A program made the translations under genes and the position numbers. A model generated the notes under the pieces. It saw only the letters and a program-made list of their open reading frames with translations, had not been told where the DNA came from and did no database searches. Source: an uncultured Bacillales bacterium (GTDB lineage: Bacteria > Bacillota_I > Bacilli_A > RFN20 > CAG-826). Taken from it: a stretch of DNA of 64,000 nt. Location of the stretch: assembly GCA_937902735.1 (NCBI GenBank), contig CALELS010000015.1, forward strand, positions 154,744-218,743, given 5' to 3'. Every line of letters begins with the position of its first letter. The stretch's first letter is position 1. Shown piece by piece: positions 28,889-39,286 of the stretch.

Positions 28889-30330
28889 TGGCAAATAAAT
28901 GCGAATATAAATCTCTTCCTGATGCAAAAATGGCTAGAAATCGCACTAGTCATTTTGATTTTGATTATTCATCAATCGAGATTGATCAAAGAGTTAAAGA
29001 ATTTGCCAAAGGAAAAACATATTTTATTCATACATATGGTTGTCAGGCTAACTATCGTGATGAAGAAACCCTCTCTGGTTTATTAGAAGAGATGGGTTAT
29101 AAGAAAGCCAAAAGCATTGAAGAAGCAGATTTCATCTTGCTTAATACATGTGCTGTTAGAGAAAATGCTGAACAAAAAGTTTATGGTCAAATTGGTAATC
29201 TAAAAGCGCTTAAACAATCCAATATAGATAAGATTATTGCTATATGTGGATGTATGGTTCAACAAGAACACATCATCAAATTTATTATGGATACATACAA
29301 GCATGTTGATCTTATTTTTGGCACTCATAATATTGAAGAATTACCTAACATGATTTTAGAGGTAATTACTAAAAAGGTGCGACTTGTTAATGTAAAATCG
29401 CTTCCTGAAAAGATAAAAGAAGAACTTCCAAGTGTAAGACTTTCTTCCTTTAAAGCATTTGTAAACATCTCTTATGGTTGTGATAAATTCTGTACATATT
29501 GCATTGTTCCATACACAAGAGGAAAAGAACGTTCTCGCAAGATGGATGATATTCTTAAAGAATGCCAAGAATTGAAAGACTTAGGATATAAGGAAGTCAC
29601 CTTGTTAGGTCAAAACGTTAACGCTTATGGAAAAGACTTCAATGATGGAACAACTTTTGCAAAACTTCTTGATGAAGTAGCAAAAATTGGAATGCCTCGC
29701 GTTAGATTCTTAACTTCTCATCCATGGGATTTTAAAGATGAGATGATTGATGTAATTGCAAAACATAAAAATATCATGAAATACATTCATCTTCCTGTTC
29801 AATCTGGTAATGATGAAATTTTAAAAAGGATGAATAGACGTTATACGTCAAAAGAATATTTAGAAATTGTCCGTAAAATAAGAGAAAGAATTCCTGATGT
29901 GTATTTGTCCACAGATATTATTGTTGGATTTCCAAATGAAACTTATGAACAATTCTTGGATACTGTAAAAATTGTTGAGCTTGCAAAATATGACTCTGCA
30001 TTTACTTTTATTTATTCGCCTAGAAAGAACACGCCTGCTGCTACTATGCCAGATAATGTCTCTAGCAAGGAAAAATCTGCCAGATTTAAAGAACTTGTAA
30101 CTGCCTTAGAAAAAACAATTAAAGTCTCTTCGGATAAGATGGTTGGAAACACCTATGATGTTTTAGTGGAAACTGTCTCTGAAAAAGATCCATCTATGAT
30201 GTCTGGATACACTGAAGGTAACAAATTAGTTCATTTTAAAGGTGATTCCTCCTACATTGGAAAGATTGTTAAAATCAAAATAAATGAATCTCATCTTTAT
30301 TCGTTAATAGGAGATCTTGTTAATGAATAA
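28888..30330 (+). CDS. miaB: tRNA-i6A37 methylthiotransferase MiaB (radical SAM)
   Basis: UPF0004 N-domain (TYGCQAN), radical-SAM CxxxCxxC (CDKFCTYC), TRAM C-terminus. Confidence 0.85.
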   Translation: MANKCEYKSLPDAKMARNRTSHFDFDYSSIEIDQRVKEFAKGKTYFIHTYGCQANYRDEETLSGLLEEMGYKKAKSIEEADFILLNTCAVRENAEQKVYGQIGNLKALKQSNIDKIIAICGCMVQQEHIIKFIMDTYKHVDLIFGTHNIEELPNMILEVITKKVRLVNVKSLPEKIKEELPSVRLSSFKAFVNISYGCDKFCTYCIVPYTRGKERSRKMDDILKECQELKDLGYKEVTLLGQNVNAYGKDFNDGTTFAKLLDEVAKIGMPRVRFLTSHPWDFKDEMIDVIAKHKNIMKYIHLPVQSGNDEILKRMNRRYTSKEYLEIVRKIRERIPDVYLSTDIIVGFPNETYEQFLDTVKIVELAKYDSAFTFIYSPRKNTPAATMPDNVSSKEKSARFKELVTALEKTIKVSSDKMVGNTYDVLVETVSEKDPSMMSGYTEGNKLVHFKGDSSYIGKIVKIKINESHLYSLIGDLVNE

Positions 30331-30634
30331 TTTAGAAAAAAACATACAAGAAGTCTCTTCAATTATTGATAATCACCCACTTGTGAAGGAATATTTATCT
30401 TTAAAAAAGCAAATATGTTCTAGTGAAGAAATAAGCCTATTAGAAAAAGAAATAGTAATTCATCAAAAAGAGATGACTAAGAATTTGAATAATGATGAAA
30501 TCTATTTTAAAGAAAAAGAGATATATGATTCTTTAAAAAAGAAATATGATTCTAACCCTTTGATAATAAATTTTAATGCTGTAAGTGAGGAACTTTATTC
30601 GTTTCTAAACGAAATTAAAGAAGCAATTGAATAA
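30317..30634 (+). CDS. ymcA: YmcA/YlbF-family protein (RicA-like)
   Basis: Helical 105-aa protein immediately after miaB (ymcB-ymcA synteny in B. subtilis). Confidence 0.4.
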   Translation: MLMNNLEKNIQEVSSIIDNHPLVKEYLSLKKQICSSEEISLLEKEIVIHQKEMTKNLNNDEIYFKEKEIYDSLKKKYDSNPLIINFNAVSEELYSFLNEIKEAIE

Positions 30635-31508
30635 TATGATAGTTGTAATTGTAGGTCCTACTGGTGTTGGGAAGTCAAAATTTGCTCTAGAGTTAGCTCC
30701 TTTAATCAACGCTGAAATTGTCAATGGTGATGCTTTTCAAATTTATAAAGAAATGAATATTGGAGTGGCAAAACCACCAAAAGAATATTTTGAGAAGGTT
30801 CCTCATCATTTATATAGTTTTGTTTCAATTGACACCCCATATTCTATTAAGGAATATCAAAGTGATGCTAGAAAAGTGATTGATGAAATTCTTTCTAAAA
30901 AGAAAAATGTCATTATTGTTGGAGGAAGTGGATTATATATCCGTTCAGCCTTATATGATTATGAATTTCAAAATTCAACTTTTGTTGATATGTCCAAATA
31001 TGAAAAAATGAATAATTTAGCTCTTCATCATGAGCTTGAAATGATAGATCCTATTGATGCCGCTAAAATTCATCCTAATAATAGGAGAAGAGTTTTAAGA
31101 AGCATACAAATTTATTTAGAAAATGGAGAAAGTAAATCGAGTCTTATTTCTAAGCAAAAACATGAGCCTATTTATGAAAATACCTTATTTGTGATGCCAA
31201 ATTTTGATAAAGAAGAGTTATATAATAACATTAACTCTCGAGTAGATATAATGATAAAAGAAGGCTTACTTGATGAGGTGGCTCAACTTTATAAAACATA
31301 CAAAGATAATCAAGCAATGGAAGCAATTGGATATAAAGAATTTGTTCCATATTTTAATAATGAAATTTCATTAGAAGATGTAATCGATAAAATAAAACAG
31401 GACACTAGAAATTACGCTAAACGTCAAATCACTTTTTTCAAATATCAGTTTGAACTAAAAAGATTTGATAACTTAAATGAATTATTGGAGATAGTTAAAA
31501 ATGTCTGA
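30627..31508 (+). CDS. miaA: tRNA dimethylallyltransferase MiaA
   Basis: P-loop VGPTGVGKS and conserved NGDAFQIYK; 293 aa. Confidence 0.85.
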   Translation: MNNMIVVIVGPTGVGKSKFALELAPLINAEIVNGDAFQIYKEMNIGVAKPPKEYFEKVPHHLYSFVSIDTPYSIKEYQSDARKVIDEILSKKKNVIIVGGSGLYIRSALYDYEFQNSTFVDMSKYEKMNNLALHHELEMIDPIDAAKIHPNNRRRVLRSIQIYLENGESKSSLISKQKHEPIYENTLFVMPNFDKEELYNNINSRVDIMIKEGLLDEVAQLYKTYKDNQAMEAIGYKEFVPYFNNEISLEDVIDKIKQDTRNYAKRQITFFKYQFELKRFDNLNELLEIVKNV

Positions 31509-32190
31509 TTATTTGAGTAGAACTAAAACGTTATTAGGTGATAGTGTCGTTGAATCTTTCAAAGATAAAGCAATTATGATTTTTGGCTTAGGTGGTGTCG
31601 GTGGTACTGCTTTTGAATGTCTTGTAAGAAGTGGTTTTAAATCATTTATCATTGTTGATTTCGACAAAGTCGATGTTACAAATTTGAATAGACAAATCCT
31701 ATATACATCAAAGGATATTGGTAAAAACAAAGTCGACATCGCTAAACAAAAAGCGTTATCCATTAATCCTGATTTAAAGATAGAAATTTATAATGAATTT
31801 GTTGATAACCAAACCATACAAAAATTCAAAAATTCAAAAATATATTATATTGTTGATGCAATTGATAAAATTCCTAGTAAAATAGCAATAGTAAAATTTG
31901 CACAAGAGAACAATATCAAAATGATAATGTCTCTTGGAATGGGCAATAGAGTTGATCCTGAAAAGGTTACTTTGACTCGACTTGATAAGACTTCAAATGA
32001 CGCTCTTGCAAAGAAAATAAGAAGCGAACTAAGAAAGGAAAACATCGACCTTAAAACTATTAATGTTGTTTTCTCAAAAGAAGAACCATTAGTTAAATCA
32101 AATGTTGTATCTTCGATGATGATGGTTCCTTCAGAAGCTGGTTTATTAATCGCTAAACAAATTATTAATGACTTATCAAAAGGAGAATAG
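31501..32190 (+). CDS. tcdA: ThiF/MoeB-family tRNA threonylcarbamoyladenosine dehydratase TcdA-like
   Basis: Rossmann GLGGVGG plus the E1-like DFDKVDVTNLNRQ motif; ~230 aa and no Cys-rich C-terminus, as in TcdA/CsdL. Confidence 0.55.
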   Translation: MSDYLSRTKTLLGDSVVESFKDKAIMIFGLGGVGGTAFECLVRSGFKSFIIVDFDKVDVTNLNRQILYTSKDIGKNKVDIAKQKALSINPDLKIEIYNEFVDNQTIQKFKNSKIYYIVDAIDKIPSKIAIVKFAQENNIKMIMSLGMGNRVDPEKVTLTRLDKTSNDALAKKIRSELRKENIDLKTINVVFSKEEPLVKSNVVSSMMMVPSEAGLLIAKQIINDLSKGE

Positions 32191-32194
32191 AAAT

Positions 32195-33802
32195 ATGATG
32201 ATGAACATTAAAGACATTGCAAAAAAAGCTCATATCAATGAGAAATACGTTGAATGTTATGGAAATGATAAAGCCAAAATTAACTTATCCATCATGGATG
32301 AATTTAAAAATAAAAAGGATGGTAAGCTAGTTTTAGTTACCGCTATTACACCAACCAAAGCTGGTGAAGGTAAAACCACAATGTCAATCGCTCTTACCGA
32401 AGGTATGGCCAAGATTAATCAAAATGTTATGCTTGCTCTTCGTGAACCAAGCCTTGGACCAGTATTTGGTTTAAAAGGCGGCGCAACTGGTGGGGGTCTT
32501 GCCTCAATCGAACCTGCTGAAGATATTAATCTTCACTTTACAGGTGATATGCATGCTTTAACATCATCTATCAATTTAATTGCCGCAATTATTGATAACC
32601 ATCTTTTCCAAGGCAATGAACTCAACATTAATCCTGAAAGAATTGTCTGGAAAAGAGCAATGGATATGAACGACCGTGCCTTAAGACAAATTCAAGTCGG
32701 TTTAGGTAAAAATAACGGTACTATTCATGAAAATGGTTTTATGATCACTGTTGCAAGTGAAATGATGGCTATCATGTGTCTAGCTAAAGATGAAGAAGAC
32801 TTTAGAAATCGTGTAAATAAAATCATCGTTGCTTATACATACGATGAAAAACCAGTCACAGTTAAAGATCTCAAGATTTCAAACGCTATCATGAAACTCA
32901 TGAGACAAGCTCTTAAACCAAATCTTGTTCAAACAACAGAGAATAATCCAACATTAGTCCATGGTGGACCATTCGCAAATATTGCTCATGGTTGTAACTC
33001 AATTATTGCCTTAAAACTTGCTTTAAAACTTGGCGATATCGTCGTTACAGAAGCTGGATTCGGTGCTGATCTTGGCGCTGAAAAATTCATGGATATTTGT
33101 ATGAGAGCAGCCGAACTTAAACCTGATGGTGTAGTTATGGTTGCTACTATTCGTGCTTTAAAACTTCATGGTGGTGTTCCATATGAAGAACTAGACAAAG
33201 AAAATGTTGATGCTGTTTTAAAAGGTATTCCTAATCTTGAAGTTCATCTTGAAAACATCAAGAAATATGGTTGTCCAGTTGTTGTAGCAATTAACCATTT
33301 TGAAAATGATTTTGAAAAAGAAGTTGAAGCATTATCCAATTGGTGCAAATCAAAAGGATATGTTGTTAGCTTTGTTGATAGTTTCTTAAAAGGTGGGGAA
33401 GGATCTATTGATCTTGCTCATAAAGTAGTTCATATGCTTGAAACTGAAGAATCATATTATCATCCTTTATATGATGTTAATGCTTCAATTAAAGAAAAAA
33501 TTGAAAAAATTTGTAAAGAAATATACCGCGCTAAAGAAGTTGAATATAGCGAACTTGCTAATGAACAAATCAAGATGTTTGAGGCAAATGGATATGGTCA
33601 CACACCAATCTGTATGGCTAAAACTCCATTATCTTTAACTGATAATGCAAAAGTTCAAGGTGCTCCAAAAGATCATACAGTTCATGTTAAATCACTTAAC
33701 TTATCTGCTGGTGCCGGTTTCTTAGTAGCTTTAACAGGAAGTATTATGACTATGCCAGGTCTTCCAAAAGTTCCAGCGGCAGTCAAAATGGAAAACGAAT
33801 AA
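32195..33802 (+). CDS. fhs: Formate--tetrahydrofolate ligase
   Basis: Start at ATG 32195 (RBS AAGGAG 7 nt upstream); FTHFS signature VTAITPTKAGEGKTT. Confidence 0.9.
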   Translation: MMMNIKDIAKKAHINEKYVECYGNDKAKINLSIMDEFKNKKDGKLVLVTAITPTKAGEGKTTMSIALTEGMAKINQNVMLALREPSLGPVFGLKGGATGGGLASIEPAEDINLHFTGDMHALTSSINLIAAIIDNHLFQGNELNINPERIVWKRAMDMNDRALRQIQVGLGKNNGTIHENGFMITVASEMMAIMCLAKDEEDFRNRVNKIIVAYTYDEKPVTVKDLKISNAIMKLMRQALKPNLVQTTENNPTLVHGGPFANIAHGCNSIIALKLALKLGDIVVTEAGFGADLGAEKFMDICMRAAELKPDGVVMVATIRALKLHGGVPYEELDKENVDAVLKGIPNLEVHLENIKKYGCPVVVAINHFENDFEKEVEALSNWCKSKGYVVSFVDSFLKGGEGSIDLAHKVVHMLETEESYYHPLYDVNASIKEKIEKICKEIYRAKEVEYSELANEQIKMFEANGYGHTPICMAKTPLSLTDNAKVQGAPKDHTVHVKSLNLSAGAGFLVALTGSIMTMPGLPKVPAAVKMENE

Positions 33803-34005
33803 TGAAAGATTTAAATTACCAGCTCTTTGACATTGTTGAAATGAAAAAACCTCACCCATGTGAGAAAAGATCAAAACAATTTCAGATAGTTCGCGTAGGT
33901 GCGGATATAAAAATCAAATGCCTTGGATGTGGTAATGTTATTATGATGAGTCGAGACACATTTAATATGCGTTTCAAAAAAGTTATTGAAAATAAAAAAG
34001 CATAA
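33802..34005 (+). CDS. DUF951-family small zinc-ribbon protein (YyzM-like)
   Basis: 67 aa; DIVEMKKPHPC ... VRVGADIKIKCLGCGNVIMM matches the DUF951 pattern. Confidence 0.55.
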   Translation: MKDLNYQLFDIVEMKKPHPCEKRSKQFQIVRVGADIKIKCLGCGNVIMMSRDTFNMRFKKVIENKKA

Positions 34006-34011
34006 ATATAA

Positions 34012-34068
34012 AAATTTTTCACACATTTTTAGAAAAAGTCCCTATAGAAGTAATGTAGGGATTTTTTC
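34012..34068 (+). repeat. Copy B of the ~55-nt conserved 5' leader element; contains hairpin CCCTA/TAGGG plus T6 and ends in the RBS of the ABC transporter gene
   Basis: AATTTTTCACACATTTTTAGAAAAAGTCCCTATAGAAGTAATGTAGGG aligns with 25175-25237. Confidence 0.5.
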
Positions 34069-36177
34069 ATGATAACTTACCGTCTTGATAACGTATCCAA
34101 ATCGTTTGGAAGTGATAAATCCAAATTTTATGCGTTAAGAAACATAAATATTCTTTTTCCTTCAAAAGGACTAGTTGTAATAGCAGGTAAATCGGGCAGT
34201 GGGAAATCAACTCTTCTAAACATTCTCATGGGAATTGAAAAAATTAGTGAAGGAAATATCTATTTTGAGAATAAAAAGATTAATAAACAAAATGATAAAG
34301 AGCTTTCTCACTTCCACTTGAATAAAGTATCGATGATATATCAACATTACAATTTGTTGGATGAACTAACGTCAATTGAAAATGTTTGTCTTCCATTGAT
34401 GATGAAAGGCTATTCACTAAATGAAGCAAAAAAAGAGGCAAAGACATTTTTTCAAGATTTAGATATTGAACCTTTAGAAAATAGAAGGGTTTCAACTTTA
34501 AGTGGAGGAGAGAAACAAAGAATAGCTATCATTAGAGCAATTATTTCAAAACCACAAGTTCTATTATGCGATGAACCTACTGGTGCACTTGATACTAAAA
34601 ACGGTAACGAAATTATGAAAATATTAAAAAAGTTATCAAAAAGTATTCTTGTTATCATGGTTTCACACAATGAGAACCAGATTAAAAAATATGCTGATAG
34701 AAAAATCTATTTAAAAGATGGAATGATTGAAAAAGATGATGGTAAGAATAACGTTAATCTAGATTATAGTGTTACAAAGCACAAATACAAATATTCATCA
34801 CTTTGGAAAAGGTTTGTTTTAAAGATTCATCTAAAAGAGAATCTAAAAAAGAACATATTTTCCTTTATTGTTTTGACTTTTGGATTAGTTGTTTCGTTTT
34901 TATCAATTGGTTTTGTAACTTCTTCATCGAAGTCTTTTGATAATTTGTTATATCAATCAGTTAGCTCGTGCTCTGGGAAAATTAGCGATGAAACAGTAGT
35001 TAAAATAAACAACTCTCCACTCAATTTTATCAAGGTTGTGCGGCCAAATTTGAATGAAATAGAAGATAATCTTGATGATATTAACTCTCTAAAAATAATG
35101 AATAATTATGAGTTTCTATTTTTAAATTATCCAGAAACAACATTTAATAAGAAACTAGTAGATCCACCAACCTTGATACCTGTGTATTCGTTCAATAATA
35201 ATCAAATAATAGAATCTCTTTTGGTCGAGGGTACCATTCCATTAGTAGACACAATAGAAGAGGTGATTATAAATGAAGAATTTGTTAAGTCTTTAAAACT
35301 TACGAATAAAGAAGCAATAAATAAAGAGATTGTTATTTCATCAATTAGAGAAATTAGTATATCTACTGGAGATAGTTCGAATCCTTTTATTAAAGATAAT
35401 TTTTCATACAACATAACGTTAATAATAAGAGGAGTAGTTAAAGAGTTTGGCTTTTTAAATAGCCCGAAAGTCTATTATTCTAACATCGGTCTTGAACGTT
35501 ATTTATCCAATCAGATAATGTTAAATTATTCTAAATATTGTCAACAAAGAATTTCCTATAAAACCTACTTTGAAACACTAGATAACAATAACCAAATTAC
35601 ATCCTATTCATATTTATTATTTGTAGATAACAATCAAGATATTAATAAACTATATTCAAATTTTAAAAATCTAAAAAATGCAGAAATTTCATTAACGATC
35701 GATTCTTCGTTTTTCGAGTCGTATTCTTCGTATAGAAGTTTAATAGATACCTTCTCGTATGCTCTTTTGGCTTTTTCAGTTATTTGTTTTTTAGGAATTA
35801 ACCTAATTTTGGGTATGCTTTCTTTATCTTCTTTTATTAAAAAGAAAAAAGAATCTGCAATTCTGACCTGTATAGGAGCCACAAATAGTTCAATTAAAAC
35901 GTTATTTCTTAATGAAATACATTTAGTCTTAATCTTTGCTTTTATTAGTTCTATTGGACTTTCGTTGTTGTTTGAAAGACTTTTAAATCCATTATTTGAA
36001 AAGTCATATGGATTAGAAAATCTCTTTTATATTCCGTTTTTAAATTTTAACGGAGTCCCTTTTCTACTACCTATTGGTTTATTAATTCTTTTTCTAGTAA
36101 TTTCATCATTATTTATTTTGATACCAATTTCAATTTATAAATCTAAATCAATTAGTGAAGAGTTGAGGGATGAATAA
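34069..36177 (+). CDS. Fused ABC transporter ATPase + FtsX-like permease (MacB family)
   Basis: N-terminal Walker A GKSGSGKST, signature LSGGEKQR, Walker B LLCDEPTGALD; C-terminal 4-TM FtsX-like domain. Confidence 0.8.
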   Translation: MITYRLDNVSKSFGSDKSKFYALRNINILFPSKGLVVIAGKSGSGKSTLLNILMGIEKISEGNIYFENKKINKQNDKELSHFHLNKVSMIYQHYNLLDELTSIENVCLPLMMKGYSLNEAKKEAKTFFQDLDIEPLENRRVSTLSGGEKQRIAIIRAIISKPQVLLCDEPTGALDTKNGNEIMKILKKLSKSILVIMVSHNENQIKKYADRKIYLKDGMIEKDDGKNNVNLDYSVTKHKYKYSSLWKRFVLKIHLKENLKKNIFSFIVLTFGLVVSFLSIGFVTSSSKSFDNLLYQSVSSCSGKISDETVVKINNSPLNFIKVVRPNLNEIEDNLDDINSLKIMNNYEFLFLNYPETTFNKKLVDPPTLIPVYSFNNNQIIESLLVEGTIPLVDTIEEVIINEEFVKSLKLTNKEAINKEIVISSIREISISTGDSSNPFIKDNFSYNITLIIRGVVKEFGFLNSPKVYYSNIGLERYLSNQIMLNYSKYCQQRISYKTYFETLDNNNQITSYSYLLFVDNNQDINKLYSNFKNLKNAEISLTIDSSFFESYSSYRSLIDTFSYALLAFSVICFLGINLILGMLSLSSFIKKKKESAILTCIGATNSSIKTLFLNEIHLVLIFAFISSIGLSLLFERLLNPLFEKSYGLENLFYIPFLNFNGVPFLLPIGLLILFLVISSLFILIPISIYKSKSISEELRDE

Positions 36178-38984
36178 TGATTGAAATCAAGAATATAAGA
36201 AAATCATATAATGAAAATTATGTTTTAAAAAACATTGATTTAACGCTACCTAATAAAGGACTTTTAATTATTGAAGGCGAATCAGGAAGCGGAAAAACAA
36301 CATTATTAAACATTATTGGCGGAATAATAAAACCAAGTGATGGAATAGTATCAATTGATGGAATAAATATAAACGAGCTATCCGATAAGGATTTAGATAC
36401 TTTTAGAATTAAAAATATCGGTTATGTATTTCAATCGTTTAATCTTTTGGAACTCGAAACTGTATTTGATAATGTACGAATGCCATTAGAATCAATTTCT
36501 AATTCACCTAGTTATATTATTAATAAAAGAGTAGAAGATTTACTCCAAGAATTATCAATAAAAAAATTAAGAAAAAAGCAAATTAACAGGCTTTCTGGTG
36601 GAGAAAAACAAAGAGTTGCAATCGCAAAAGCACTAATAAATAATCCAAAAATAATTCTTTGTGATGAGCCTACAGGTGCTCTTGATATAAACAACACAAA
36701 GAATATATGTGAGATCCTTAAACAAGTATCCATTCATTCTTTAGTAATAGTTGTCACACATGATGTTCAATCTTTTAAAGATTATGCTGATCGAATTATT
36801 TCAATTAAAGATGGACATGTTACGAAGGACATAGAATTAAACAATAAATATAATAAGCACAGATCACTCTTAGTGGTAGGAACGTCTAAACTACAAAAAA
36901 AGTCATATCTTCCTTTAAGTTTTAAGATTAAACATGCTTTTCATAAAATCTCATCAAAAAAGTGGAGATTTATGATTTCGAATTTTATGTTATCTCTTTC
37001 AATAACTGGCATAGGATTATCTTTTCTAGTTTCCTTTAGTCTTGCTGATAAGATACAAACAGCATTTTCTTCATTATTGAATGGCAACCAAATATTGGTT
37101 ACATCCCGAAATCAAGCTATGAACGATTTTGGCGCTGTTTATTCAATAAATGAAAATGATATTAAAGATATATACGAAAGATATATTTCATATCTTAATG
37201 GAGCAGGAGTTTCTTATTTAATAAACTTCGAAGATTTCTTTAAGGATGGAAATAATGTTTATATAAATGATGATAAATATTCAAATCTTATTCCTTCTTT
37301 ATCTGCCAGATCATTTAATGATTACACTTGGATTGATGAAAACATTAGAAGACAAATATCTCCTTCAATTAATGATGAATTAGATAAAGATGAAGTTGTT
37401 TTGGCCCTAACCTATGTTGACATGATTAACATAACTTACAATTTAAAAATTCAAAGGAATTTTGAGTCTTTAGCAAACTATATTTATCATAATGATCTAA
37501 CATTAACTTTAAGTGTTTCAAATTCATCGTGGCAGTATTCAGATGAACAGATATTCAATATTGTAGGTGTATATGAAGATGAAAATACACATCTTAGTCA
37601 AACAAGAAAATTGTGGAATCAAGAAATCTTTGAAGAAGAGATGCGGTTTCCTTCAAATGATGGGAGTCAATCATATTTTCCTTGGGAAATGTACAAAATA
37701 CATTATTTAAATACTAAGGGTAATTCATCTTCTTTTTTAGATGCCATAATGAATGATGATTTACTTTATGACTATGTATTTGAAAGAACAAGTTATGATA
37801 TTCATCCTTCAATATGTCCTATCAACGAACCATGTAAAGCGAATCGTGTAATTGTATATTCAGTTGATAAAAATACAATTCGAACTGGAGTATTACTAGA
37901 TATATTAAGAAGAAATGATAATTTTAAAAACTATTTTTTCATGTCTAATGGCGGGTATGTAAGTTATGGTTCAATGATACTCGATGGATTTGCTAATCAA
38001 ACTTTTTTCTCTATTTCTCTAGAAAAAAATGAAACTGCAATAGATGCTGATTTATCAAGAGGTGACGATGAAACCTTATCTTTAGATTTACCAAAAGGTG
38101 TTCTTAAAGGATATTTTATGGAGGCTATGAACGATGGGGTTAAATTCTCAACAAAATATGATAATTTAGTTTCTGGAAGAGAAGCTTTAAACAACAAAGA
38201 AATAGTAATTTCAAAAGCAATGGCAGATAAACTTGATAATGGATTTGATGTATTAAATTCTTATTTATTCATCTCCTCATTAGTGCCTTCTGTGAATGGC
38301 GATTTAACGAAAAACTACCGCACAAGTCGTGTAAAAATTGTTGGAATAGCAGATTCAAATAAAAATGTCATATATCACAATTCAAACTGGACAATTTCAT
38401 TTTTTAGAGATGAATTGGGAATGTCATCGTTTCTTCTTTGCCCAAACGCTTTAGTAATTGAACTTGACAAAAGTATTGATCCCTTGCCTTATATTAATCG
38501 GTTAAATAAAACGTATTACGATTTTAAATTTTCAAGCCCATTAGAGGATATAAAGAATAGTATTAACTCAACATTAGATTTTATAAAACTAATAGTTATC
38601 TTATTTTCTATTTTGGCAGGTTCAATTTCTTTACTTCTTTTATCAACATTGTTGTTACTAAATTTTTTAGAGAATGAGCATGAGGTAAAAATTTTTAAAT
38701 ATAGTGGGATCTCATATAGTGATATTAATTCTCAATTTATAGTTGATTCATTGCTACAAACATTTATAGCTTTTGTAATTTCAATGATTGAATTAATTGT
38801 TGTTGATGTCGTTAGTGGCCAAGCAATAAACGAAATGTTGGGAATAAGTGGGAGTTTCTCGCTCGATTTCCTCCCATTGTTACTAACGTTTGTAATAACA
38901 ATATCTACTTCTTATCTATTATCTAAAGCAATTGTTTTAGTGAAGATATTAACCGAGAAAAAGCAAAAGATGAAAAAGACATGA
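36177..38984 (+). CDS. Fused ABC transporter ATPase + FtsX-like permease with ~500-aa extracytoplasmic domain (MacB family)
   Basis: Walker A GESGSGKTT, LSGGEKQR, ILCDEPTGALD; TM1, then a long extracytoplasmic region, then C-terminal FtsX-like TM bundle. Confidence 0.8.
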   Translation: MIEIKNIRKSYNENYVLKNIDLTLPNKGLLIIEGESGSGKTTLLNIIGGIIKPSDGIVSIDGININELSDKDLDTFRIKNIGYVFQSFNLLELETVFDNVRMPLESISNSPSYIINKRVEDLLQELSIKKLRKKQINRLSGGEKQRVAIAKALINNPKIILCDEPTGALDINNTKNICEILKQVSIHSLVIVVTHDVQSFKDYADRIISIKDGHVTKDIELNNKYNKHRSLLVVGTSKLQKKSYLPLSFKIKHAFHKISSKKWRFMISNFMLSLSITGIGLSFLVSFSLADKIQTAFSSLLNGNQILVTSRNQAMNDFGAVYSINENDIKDIYERYISYLNGAGVSYLINFEDFFKDGNNVYINDDKYSNLIPSLSARSFNDYTWIDENIRRQISPSINDELDKDEVVLALTYVDMINITYNLKIQRNFESLANYIYHNDLTLTLSVSNSSWQYSDEQIFNIVGVYEDENTHLSQTRKLWNQEIFEEEMRFPSNDGSQSYFPWEMYKIHYLNTKGNSSSFLDAIMNDDLLYDYVFERTSYDIHPSICPINEPCKANRVIVYSVDKNTIRTGVLLDILRRNDNFKNYFFMSNGGYVSYGSMILDGFANQTFFSISLEKNETAIDADLSRGDDETLSLDLPKGVLKGYFMEAMNDGVKFSTKYDNLVSGREALNNKEIVISKAMADKLDNGFDVLNSYLFISSLVPSVNGDLTKNYRTSRVKIVGIADSNKNVIYHNSNWTISFFRDELGMSSFLLCPNALVIELDKSIDPLPYINRLNKTYYDFKFSSPLEDIKNSINSTLDFIKLIVILFSILAGSISLLLLSTLLLLNFLENEHEVKIFKYSGISYSDINSQFIVDSLLQTFIAFVISMIELIVVDVVSGQAINEMLGISGSFSLDFLPLLLTFVITISTSYLLSKAIVLVKILTEKKQKMKKT

Positions 38985-39073
38985 TTATTTATATAAATAA
39001 AGTATTTAAAAATATTGTTGCTTTTATTTTATAAACATATAAACTTTCTTGTGTTTAGATTAGAGGATTACTT

Positions 39074-39286
39074 ATGACAGGGAAAGTTGTTATGTTCAAC
39101 ACAAATAAAGGATATGGTTTTATATCCGACGAAAATGGACATGATATTTTCTTTCATTGTTCCCAATTAATTGTTCCTGGACAAGATTACAAGACAATTG
39201 AAGTTGGCGCTAGAGTAACTTTTGACGTCGAAGAATCTGATCGTGGATTTCATGCCACAAATATCAAAGAAGTGGAGGAAAAATAG
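39074..39286 (+). CDS. csp: Cold-shock protein (CspA family)
   Basis: RNP1 motif KGYGFI and CSD fold GKVVMFNTNKGYGFISDENGHDIFFH. Confidence 0.85.
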   Translation: MTGKVVMFNTNKGYGFISDENGHDIFFHCSQLIVPGQDYKTIEVGARVTFDVEESDRGFHATNIKEVEEK

